Of a stretch of DNA of 64,000 bases, positions 13,195 through 23,512 are shown piece after piece. A program made the translations under genes and the position numbers. This stretch comes from Cyanophora paradoxa CCMP329. Its lineage: Eukaryota > Plantae > Glaucophyta. Within the stretch, counting starts at the first letter, position 1. Each line of letters starts with the position of its first letter. The DNA lies in contig QPMI01000088.1 of NCBI GenBank assembly GCA_004431415.1, positions 149,947 through 213,946 of the forward strand. Direction: 5' to 3'. The notes under the pieces are model-generated. The model did not search any database. It was given only the letters and a program-made list of their open reading frames with translations, and had not been told where the DNA came from.

Positions 13195-14129
13195 TCAGAG
13201 GATGAACTTCAGGCGGGGGTCCTCCTTGATGGCGTCGTACACCTTGAGGATCTGGCGGCGACCCGGGCCGCGCCGTCAGGGGCGGGGGCCGCGGGGCGGG
13301 GGCGGAAAGCTCGGGCAAGGCGGCACCTGCTCGGCGGACTCGACCAGCAGCGTGAACGTGACGCTGTGGTACTTCTTCTGCCCGCTCTCCCGGAAGCTCC
13401 AGTCGTCCTGCGGGCAGCTCAGGCGCGCGGCGGCGGGCGGCGGGCGGCACGTGGCGGGAGGCGGCGCACGGGGGAGAGCTCGCGCCCGAGGACGCCGCCG
13501 ACGCGGCTCACGCATCCGTCGACGAAGTCCTGCCCGCCCGTGCCCACCGCCTTGAAGATGTACTCGCAGGGGAACTCGTGCACCGACTCCAGGAGCTCGT
13601 CGAAGGTCTGGTTGCCCTGCGCCTCCTCGAGGTCCACGAAGGCCGGGCCCGCAGGGCTCGCCGGCCGCTCGGGCGTCGTCGGCCGCTCCCCGTACAGCGC
13701 ATCGATGCTGATCTTCTCGTAGTCGACGGCGCCAGCCGCAGCGCCCTCAAACGATGCCACGATCCTCTGCACGAGGCGATCAGGTCGATCAGGCGGCGCA
13801 CGAGCGCTTAGCTAGCGGCAGGCAGAGATCCCTCTCACCACTGGCAGCGGTTCCCGGCCGCGACCGACGCCATTTGACGACGGCGTGAGGTTCTGCGGGG
13901 CGTCGATCTTCTCCTCGCCATCCTCATCCGGCTGCGAGCTGGCCACAACAAGGGGAGTTCGGCTGCTGCTGAAGGTGCGATGCGGCCTGCCGGAGACGCG
14001 CTGGGACGGCGCTGACGGGCGCAGGTCGGCCCTGCGGCTGATGCGCTGCACGGGATGGCCCCAACAGCTCGCCGATGCCGAGCTCGAGGCCACAGCGACC
14101 GCAGGACCCGCGAAACCGAGCACAACCAT
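13195..14129 (-). CDS. Plastid-targeted DUF493 (YbeD/HP0495-like) protein
   Basis: Ser/Arg/Ala-rich N-terminal transit peptide MVVLGFAGPAVAVASS..., then HEFPCEYIFKAVG, SFRESGQKKYHSVT and the C-terminus VYDAIKEDPRLKFIL*. Confidence 0.85.
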
Positions 14130-14164
14130 GTTTCGCGCCGGGGTACGTGTACTTGCAGTCGAAA

Positions 14165-17100
14165 ATGAAGGCGCCGCTGAAGGCGCTGGCGGACCGCGAG
14201 CGAGGCTCCAGGCTCCGCCTGCAGGTTGAAGCTGGAGCGGAGGACGCACACGCGCTCCGCCTCACGTACAACAGCCGGAAGCTCGCAGGACGTGCGCTCG
14301 CCCCCCCTGCTGCGCCACGAGGCTTGACATCTAGCGCAGCCTTCGCGTTCAACAATGACGCGGCCAGCGGCGTGTTACTGGCGTCCAGCGGCGGGGCCGA
14401 CCACACCGCGGTGAGCTCCCGCCATCGCAGGCGCACGCTCACCTTATCTCCCCTGAGACGCGGGTACACGCGCAGCTCCAGATCGCGGGAGTCCTCGGCT
14501 TCGAGAGCTACCTGCAGCCGGCGGGCGGGGCGCGCGGCCCGCTGACGCCGAAGCGCCTCGTCAAGGTGGACGACTACGCGACGTTCTTCACGCGGCTCCT
14601 GTGGGCGAACCGCGACGCGGAGGTCGCGTCGACGAGCGAGGAGGGCGTCGTCAAGGTGTACGATGTCCGCGCGCGCCGGCCGGCCGGCTCCCTGAACGCC
14701 CCGCTCCTGATGGGCCTCCGCGAGTCCCCGCGCACGCCCGGCGCCCTCTACGTCTGCTCCGGCAAGTCCGTCATCGGTGCGCGTGTCCCGGGAAGCGCCC
14801 CGGGGCCGAGGGCGACCGGGGCCGCCGGGCGCGCCGCAGCGTGGGACCGGCGGGCGCCCCCCGAGGTGGCGCGGCGCCTGGCCGAGTCGGGCGACCGGGT
14901 GCTGGACGTGGAGGCGGCTCGCGAGGGCGAGCTCCTGTACACGTGCGACGAGACGGGGCACCTGCGCGCCTGGGACGAGCGCGCCCCCTCCCGGCCCCTC
15001 TTCCTCCTCCGCGACAACGTGCGCCGCACCCCCGCACGCACGCGCGCGCTCTGTACCCCCGTATCTGAGGCGCGACCCCGCAGACCGAGGGCCTGGCGGT
15101 GAACTCGCTGCAGATCGACCGCTCCGGGACGCGCCTCCTCGCCACCTCCGAGAAGGGTGCCCTTCTGCTGTACCCCCGCGGCGCCGGGTCCGCCTCACGC
15201 GGGGGGCGCAGGCCACGCGTCGCTCATCGATCTGCTGGCGCTGCTCGCCCCGCGGCTGAACCCCGACCAGCCCGTGCCCATCGACGAGATCCCCGGACTC
15301 CGCACGTGCGCGTACCCCCCTCCGTGCCAGCGCTCACCCTCGGCCCGACGATCTTGCCCCCCGCAGCTTCACAGCCGAGGGGTACAGGAACGGCGACTAC
15401 TTCCGCGGCGCGTACCTCTCGCCGTGCGGGGAGTACGTCGTGGGGGGGTCCGACGACGGCCGCGGGGTGCGCCGTACCCCCCTTTCCTCAGCTTCTCATG
15501 GACCCCGCCAATCGCCGTTTCCCTCAGTTCCTCTGGAGCTCGGCCACGGGTCGTCTGCTCCGCACGATCCAGGCGCGCTGGAACCCTGTACCCCCCGCCT
15601 TCCCGCGCCCCGCCGCTGACGGGCCCCTCAGTTCAAGCGGGAGATGCGCCCCGCGGAGGACGGCGCCCCCGCGCAGTACGAGCCACTGACGCGCCCGATC
15701 GTCCACGTGCGCCGGCCGCCCCCGCCCCTCCCGCACGGACCGCGCAAGGCGAGGCGAGGCGAGGCGCGCCCCCGGCAGGTGGCGATGGCGCCGGTGGGCC
15801 CCGCGCGGCCGCCCCTGCTCGCCCTCTCCAGCGACGAGCTGCTGGGCATCTGGCAGGACCGCCGCGGTGCGGGGCGGATGGGGCCGGGGCCTTCGGCGTG
15901 CCCCCCTCTAACGGCGCCCGCGCAGTGCCGGTGGCGCTGGGGCGGGAGCTGGAGGGGGACGTGCTCGAGCTCCCCCCCGGGGCCGCCCCCGCCCCCGCCG
16001 GCGAAGCCGGGGGGGCGGCGGGGCCGGCGGGGGCGGGCGGGGACGGGGACGTGGTGGCCGAGGGCGACGAGGACGAGGACGCCGACGCGGAGGAGGAGGA
16101 GGAGCAGGCGCCCCGCGCCCCCGCCCGCTTTTCCCCCTTCTCTCGCGTGACGGTACCCCCCCCCCTCCAGGACTGGGAGGAGGACCCGCTGGGGCTGGCG
16201 GTCTTCGAGTGCGCGTACGGGAGGGGGTACGCTGAGCAGGTCGTCTACACGTGCATGACCTGCCGCGAGGCCATGGGGGAGGTCCGCGAGCCCCCCATCG
16301 CCGTGCGCCCCGCTGGAGCGGCGGCGAGCTCATCCCTGCCTCTGCAGAACGCGGCGCACGCGGGTATCTGTCGCCAGTGTGTCGGCTTCTGCCACCGGGA
16401 CCACCAGGCGAGCGGGGCTGGCGGGTACCCCCCGTCGTTGTGACCCGTACCCCAGATCTTCTGCCTGGGCCGCAAGGGCGACTTTCGCTGCGACTGCGGC
16501 AACAGCAGGATGCCCGGTGCCCTTCCCTGTACCCCCGCTAAATCTCCCCTCCCTCACGCTCGGCCAGCCAACCACCGCTGCACGCTCGCGCCCGAGCGAG
16601 AGCCGACGAACCCCCGGAACCGGTGCGGGGGGTTCACGGCCTCCTTGCCTTCGATCGTTTCCGACCCCGCCCCGCAGCTACGGGCACAACTTCGACCTCA
16701 AGTACTGCACCTGCGAGGGCGAGGACGACGGCTGCATGGTCCAGGTTCGAACCCGCGCGGCTCCCGTTTCCTCCCGCCCTGAGGTCGGCGGTTCGAATCC
16801 GTGCAGTGCCCGACGTGCTGGGACTGGTTCCACTTCCGCTGCATCGGGCTCGCCGCGGAGCAGGCGCGCTTGCGTACCTTCCGCATGCTTCTTCCCCATC
16901 CATTGAAGCCGTACCCAGGACATCGACGACGATTGGGAGTACGTGTGCGCGGCGTGCGCGGGGGCGCGGTACCCCTTCCTGTCCGAGTACCCCGACTGCG
17001 GACCGTGCGCGGCTGTGCCCTCTCGCGTTGTGGCGCGGCGGCCGCTCACGCGCGGGCGCAGGGCGCTGCCGCAGGCCGCGGAAGGAGCCGCGGCCTTGGC

Positions 17101-18369
17101 TTCGGCCCCCTCCGCGCCAGCGCCGGGCCCCGGGGCGCCCGGCACGCCGCCGCGGGGGGCCGAGGGCGCCCCGCGATGACGCCGGCCGCCTCCGCGGCGC
17201 CGGGCGGAGCGGCCGCGCCGTCTCCCGAGGCGCCCCTCATGTACGCGCCTGCGGCCGCGGAAGGTGCGCCGCCCCCGCCCCCGCAGGCCGCTGGGCCGAG
17301 GCCGAGTGCGCCCGGCAGGCGGGCCTCCGTCGCTGGGGCGGGCCTGCGGGGAGCCGGCGCGGGGCCGCCTCATGCCGGCAGCCTGGAAGTCCCGCCTGCT
17401 CCAGGCCCACCAGGACGCCATCGGCTACCGCCCCGCCCCGCCCGCCCCGCCCGCCTCCAGCGACGCCCCCAGCGACGCCCCGGCGCCGCCGCCGGCCCTC
17501 CGCGCCCGCTCCCGCTGAGTCGGCGGCGCGGCCGTCGCCGCGGCGGCCGCGGGCGGCCCGCGCGGGCTCTCCGTGGAGCCCTCCGCGGCCGTCGCCATCT
17601 CCTTCGCCACCGCCGCCGCCGCCGCCGAGATCCCCGCCGCCGAAGCCCCAGCCCCCGCCCCGGGCCCCGCCCCCGCCGACGGCGCCGCTGCCGCTTCCGC
17701 GCCGCTCTCAATCTCGGAACAGGCGGCCGCGGCGGCCGCCGCCGCCCAGATGGACCAGGCCTCCTTCGACGCGGAGGCCCGTACCCCTTCCTGGCTCCAA
17801 CTCCCCCCCCCCCTGACCCCGCGCCTCAGGTGAAGCGCCTGATCCAGGCCGGCCAGCGGCCCGAGGCCATGCGGTGCGCCCCTCGATCCCGTACATGTAC
17901 CCCCACGCCGCCGGCCGATTGAGTACCCCAGGCTGGTCATGGGGCGGCTCCTCACGGACGCGATGAACAACGCGGGGGCCAACCGCAGGCGAGCCGGCCT
18001 GCGTCTCGTGCCCCACACCCGCCCCGCCTCGGCCCCTGACGGCGTACTCCCTTCCGCCCGGGCAGGCGGACGATCACGGACCGGGACGTGCACAACGCTG
18101 TCTCCAACCTCCGCATGTCCACCGCCGCCGGCCCCGCCGCCGTGCGCCCCGGCCCGGCCCCCGCCCCTGCGCCTCCTCGAGCCGCCGGACCCTCCCTGAC
18201 CCCCGCCGCCCCGCAGGCCGTCCCGCCCTCGGCCGCCCCGCAGGCGGGCCAGGCCGGCTCCTCGGGCTCGGGCTCGGGCGCCGCGTCCGACGGCGCCGGC
18301 GCCGGCGCGGGCTCGCGGAAGCGGCCGCGGAGGGCGAGGAGCCGTAGCCGGTGCCGCGCCGTTCCTTGA
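14165..18369 (+). CDS. Multi-exon WD40-repeat + UBR-box zinc finger + PHD finger protein (UBR7-like C-terminal half)
   Basis: WD-like repeats (STSEEGVVKVYD, TCDETGHLRAWD, LSPCGEYVVGGSDDG|FLWS), an acidic linker, a UBR box (QVVYTCMTC..GICRQCVGFCHRDHQ|IFCLGRKGDFRCDCGN), NxYGHNF..YCTC, and a PHD finger (MVQCPTCWDWFHFRC..YVCAAC). The 3' end is approximate and this could be two genes. Confidence 0.7.
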
Positions 18370-18954
18370 GGCTTCCCAACAATCCCAGCTGAACACCCTC
18401 CCTGATCATGAGGGCCCTGAAGGCACACAACAAAGAGAGTGGCGGCCTACAATTATCAATGCTGTCTGAGCGGGGGGGGGGGGGGGAGGGGGGGGGAGGG
18501 GGAGGGGGCGGTCCAGTTTGCCTCCTGGAAATCTCTGCAGTGCCGATTTCGAACGGTACGGGAACTGTACTTTTGATTCGCATGCCAGACCCGGACAGTT
18601 CACCGTTATGCCGTGGCACGTGAGCTTTTCACGTAACCATACTCTGAGACCCGCCGGGCCGCCACCCATGATCATGATCGTGGAAGGAATTCCAAACTCA
18701 TGATCAGATGCACTGACTGCTGGTTATAATGGTGCAATTGATGGATCTTAACAGATTCGCGACGCATGACAATATTAATTGCAGGCAAGCAAGCAAAAAA
18801 CTTGAAATAAGTGAATCAGTTAATCATGATCAGTGAATCACGGTGGAACTACTCCCGCATCCGCAGGCGCGTACCCCTCCTCCCTCCCCTCCCGGCCCGG
18901 CGGCTATAGGATTCGAGCCCTGTACCCCCGTTACGGGGGGCAGCGCGGGGGAGG

Positions 18955-19048
18955 AAAAGCAATTTGCTCGGATAGGTCCGGCCAGGCAGGGAGGGGGTTG
19001 CCCCCCTCCCCACGCGCCGCTGTTTCCAGCGGCTCGGCCGGACCATAC
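18955..19048 (-). mobile_element. ~94-bp SINE-like structured element, copy 1
   Basis: Flanked by the 14-bp direct repeat CAGCGCGGGGGAGG (18941-18954, 19049-19062). Near-identical to 38888-38982. Confidence 0.8.
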
Positions 19049-19277
19049 CAGCGCGGGGGAGGTGCTGGCGCTGCCGGCGGGGGGAGGCGCTCCTCTTCGC
19101 CGTCCTCCCGGGCGACCTCACGATCGCCTAAAGCTTAAGGAGTCCGAAGTTCAAATCCCAGCCGGCAAATCGATATACAGGACGACCGATGTAAGAGCGA
19201 CCTCGCCTAGCTATAGCTATAGGGAAAAAGACCCCGCTGAGATACAAAAGAAGACCTACGGAACCTCGCCTAGGACG

Positions 19278-21349
19278 CTATTTTTTATTATCATTGACCC
19301 TAATTATTGTTGTTGACATACGAGCAGACGAGGGACTGGGTGTTGATGCAGCCCGCGAGGAAACACTTATTGGCGGCCCTGTAGCCGGATTCGATGTTAC
19401 TGGTGCAAAAGAAGTAGCATCGCCTGCGTGGCAATATTTAATCAGGAGGGTACAGTGCAGCACAGGCCGAGGGGCGCACTGGTTCGACTTGGTGGAGCCG
19501 GAGGGGTACGTGAGGGAAGCGATCGCCGACGACCTGCCGATGCTGTTCGACGTCATGACGCCATTGGCGCCCCACGTCGTCGTCGATCCGTCCGGCTGGA
19601 TGACCGTGACGGAGGCCGAGCCCGTAAACCCGCAGCTCTTCGAATACACGCCGGCGGTATTGCAGCTGAGCCCCTTGGCCATCCACACGCCGAAGTCCTG
19701 CGCACCGCGGCTCGGGGGGGGAGGGGGGGTGGGAAGAAAGTGGGGGTACGAGGCCTCTACCGCACCGTGGCCTCCACGTTGGGCTTCGGCGTGCCGGACT
19801 TGTTGTAGTAGAGCATCTGCGTGACGCTGAGCATGTCGACCGACGTCGAGAGGTTGTCGAGGACGCCGCCGCCCGTCTGCGTCGACATCTGCGCGCGGGT
19901 CAAAGAAGAAGAGGGGGGGGCAGCTGATCGTGATCTATAGGACTGAAAACTATATATAGATCGGGCAAGAGTCGGAGCTCGAAGGGGGGAGGGGCCGGGC
20001 GCACCAGGCAGAGGCTGCCGGTGTAGGTCGTGGTCTGGCCGTTCACAGTGTACGATTTCTGCACGGCGCGCGCTCTGGAACAGTCTGAAACAGGCCGATC
20101 GCGAGACATGCGCACGGTGACGCTCCCGCAGCTCGTCTGCGAGGTCGTGCCGAACATCGTCTTCAGGTTGTACTGCCTGATCCTGGCGGCCGCGTGGGCG
20201 AGCGCGAGCGGCGGGATCTAGGCATCGCAGATTTGGCAGTATGCTTGCATCGGTCTCATGTGGAGACAGGCACACTCTCTATATCTAACCGTCCCTTATG
20301 CGCAGGTGATCATGAGGCTCACGATCCCGTAATCTGGAGGAGGCGGCGGCCGGCGCCCCCCGCATCCGCCGGCGGCAGCGTTTCGAGCTCGATCGCCGGA
20401 GCGCCGGCGTACGTCATGACCGGGGTGCCTGCAGCGAAATCAGTGCGAATATCGATGTCGTCTCAGTGACCATGAGGGGCCCGCACCGGACTTGTCCGTG
20501 AGCGCGCCGTCCTTCGTCTGGACGTCTGCGGCGCGAGTCGGCGGCCGCGCGGGGGGAGCCGGCGCGGCCCGGGCGCACCCTTGGTGAGGTTCACGACGGC
20601 AAAGGAGAGGCCGAAGACGGCGCCGACGACGAGGACCGAGAAGGCGACCTGGCGAGAGATGAGAGATGCGAGAAGGCGATCGTATATTTCGCGAGGCAGA
20701 CCATGATGATAGCAAAGCCCTGTCGACGCGCAGCCGGGGTTCGGACTCGGCGGCGAACGCACATGCATACAAAGGCGCGCACCTTGAAGAGCGCGGAGCG
20801 GTTCTCCTCGTTAAAGAACTGCGGAGAGGCTCGTTAAAACCAGTCGGCCGCGGGGCGCGCGGCGCGGGCGCGCCTTGTCCATGAGCAGCGCGAGCTCGTG
20901 CTGGTCGATCTGGCCGTCGCCGTTCCTGCGCGCGGCGGCGCGTGAGATTGCGATCATGACCGAGCGGACCCGCGCTCTACACGTTGGGCGGCTCACACGT
21001 CAATCTCGGCCATCAGCGCCCTGTAGCGGGCCAGCTTCGCCTGCGGGGGTCGCGTCGGGTGGGCCCGGCTTCGGCCGGCCGCGGGAGAGGCCGCAGCCCA
21101 GACACGGCGCATGCGCAGGGGCGGGGCCCGCGCCGGGGTCGAAGGGCGCGCACGCGGTTGATCGGGTCGTTGCGATGGCGGAGCCCCGAGAGCGAGACGC
21201 GGACCGCGCCTTCGGGCGCCCCGGCCGCGGGCTGCTGCGCCCGCTTCTCGTTCGTCGGGCTCGGTGGAACGAGGGCGTAATCATGGTCGGGGGCGCGAAG
21301 GCCGGGGGCGTGCGCATGCGCGTGGCTGACGACGACGGAGCTGGCCATG
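19278..21349 (-). CDS. Multi-exon EF-hand + transmembrane protein with Ser/Thr/Gly/Cys-rich ectodomain
   Basis: EF-hand-like NGDGQIDQHELALLMD, TM segment VAFSVLVVGAVFGLSFAVVNLTK, DVQTKDGALTD, the motif GRRLLQ, then S/T/G-rich exons. Ends are approximate. Confidence 0.6.
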
Positions 21350-21689
21350 GAGCTCGAGCGCGCAACTGTCGTCGCAACTGCCGTGGGGAAACTCATAGCT
21401 GCGGCAGGCGTACTACGGTAGGCTTCGCTGCAGGACCACTGCAGGTCAACGTTGGCTACCGGTAGCCTACTGGGCCTAGTATAGCAGCCAGGCTGCAGCT
21501 GTAAGCCTGAAACGCCCCTAGTAGCTACATATATATATATATATACCTGCGCCGCTGCGCATGCGCGGCCATGCGCCGCTGCGCCTGCGCATGCGCGGCC
21601 TGGCAGAAGCTATAGCTACTGCCATCCTACTGGTCAGTGCCACTAGTCAGAAGCTACCAGGGTACGTATGACGCAGAAGACATCGATGT

Positions 21690-21830
21690 GTTCCGTAACT
21701 TCCGGACCAAGTTCCGGTGCAGAAATTCCGGAATTCCGGGAGTTCCGTGGACCGGGAACTCCGGAATCCGGTCCCATTATCCGGATCGATATCCGGATCG
21801 CGAGGACGCCGGATCCGGAAAGTCGACGTC
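21690..21830. repeat. Cluster of about 11 (T)CCGG(A) motifs
   Basis: ...cttccggacc aagttccggt gcagaaattccggaattccgggagttcc...ctccggaatccggtcc...atccggatcgatatccggatc...gccggatccgga. Confidence 0.6.
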
Positions 21831-23512
21831 GGCGGAAACACAAAACGCACGGCAATTGCAAGGAGGGCGACGTTATTCCTCCCGAAGTAGCTCGTAGGCG
21901 TGCGGCTTCGCGTCCGGGAAGAGCTCCTCGCGAATCGTGATCGGGCAGCTGCGGCGGCGCCGGCGGGCTCGAGCAGGGCGCGCACGGGCCCGAGGATCGG
22001 GGCGAGAGATCACTGAGTCAAGAGCACCTCGCCGAGTCGGTGCCGGAGAGCACGATCGCGACGGGCTTCAGGGGCCGACCGTTGACTCAGTGAGCTTTCC
22101 GAGCTGTCGCAGTGCGCCCGGCCGCGGAGTGAGGCCGCGGCCTCTTACGTGTGCGCATGCCTTCGGCCTCTTCTTGTGCCTTCGAGGGCCGGGGCGCGGG
22201 TGGTTGGGTGGTACCTGGATCCGGTCCCGGATCCCGGAGGAGGGGGTCCGCGAAGGCGGCGGGGGAGAGGAAGGGCACGAAGGCCGCACTGGGGGTACAT
22301 GGTTAGGGGGGGCAAATTTTAAAGCGAAGCGGGGGGCGCGCCTTGACGCAACGCCTGCCCGCGCGCCTTCCGAAATCGATGGTCCTCACCTCACGCCCCG
22401 CGCCCAGGCTGAGCTAGGGGCCGCGGGGCCGCTTGCGATCGTCGAGACCCCAAGAAATCAAGGTGCGCGTCGCGAGATTCCGAGAGCGTCGCGGCGGGGC
22501 GCGCGGGTGGGCGGGAGCAGCGGTTGCCTCTTAAGCTTCCTCTAGCGGAGGCCAACGAAGAACGCTTAGGTTCGCCCATCCCCGCGCCCGCCTCCCCCTC
22601 CGCCGCCGCGCCGACCCTTAGTGCACGGTCGTCGAGTCTTCGAGGGATCTGGAGCGCGCCGGCGCCGGCATCCTTTCTGAACGCCCCGAGAATTCCCGAG
22701 GCGGCCGCGCGTTGGCATCGATCGCGAGCCTCGACGCATAGCGCGGCGCGGGGCGGGCGGGAGGACCGGAACGTTAACGATCGCGAACGCCGAGGAGCCC
22801 TTCGGGTTACTTCCACCGACGGAAGCGGCTCGGTTCGCATCTCCCCGCGCCGCTCCGACCGCCTCGCGCCAACGTACTCTCCCCTCTCAAATGCCCGTCG
22901 CTCGCTTCGTCGCAGCAGATAACAGCCGTCCTCGGCGCCTATAATGCTCGCCCATGACATTCGTCGCAGCAAAATACGAGGTCGTCTAGCTATAGCCCAT
23001 GAAAACGAAATTCAGGCCCTGAGAATTAAACTTGAAACCTCAGTACCAGTGCCACGAATTTGAAGCGGTCCTCAGGACAGAAAATAAGGACACGACATCC
23101 GACACTGAGAGCGGCAAAAGCAAAAGTTAAGCCCTCCGAGAACCTCGATCGGAAATTCCATGCCCAGCGTGCAAAATGCAGCGTGGGAGGTATGTTAGGG
23201 GGTGGGGGGGATGAGGTGAAAGTAGTGGTGAGCAGGGGCCCCGGCGGCGCCTGTCAGTGCTCACTGGGGCTTGGAGCTTGTCCTCCCTTCCCAGGCCTCT
23301 GCCCTCCGCCCCCCCCCCCCCCCCCCCACCCTTCCGGATCCCCTCCCCCCCCCATGCATATGGCCATCCGCCGTCCACACCTCCCGCCCCCCGGCCTCCC
23401 CGCTCAGCCCCTCCGCGCCGATTCCCATCTAAAAACTGCAGCCAACTCTTCAGGCTCACGTAAGAGACCGATCTCGTTCGAAAATCATGCAAAGCGGGCT
23501 GCGAATTCAAAT

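Noticed and set aside
18905-18925. B-box-like GGCTCGAATCC on the minus strand (tRNA or tRNA-SINE)
   Set aside because: I could not build an acceptor stem, D arm or A box.
18955-19048. Y-shaped element as a hammerhead/HDV ribozyme, group II intron DV-DVI, tRNA or SRP RNA
   Set aside because: No CUGANGA/GAAA hammerhead core, no HDV pseudoknot, the GAGCCG hairpin is too short and lacks the DV bulge, and there is no cloverleaf or SRP motif.
21870-22972. Possible small minus-strand gene
   Set aside because: No recognisable domain and the exon chain cannot be supported.
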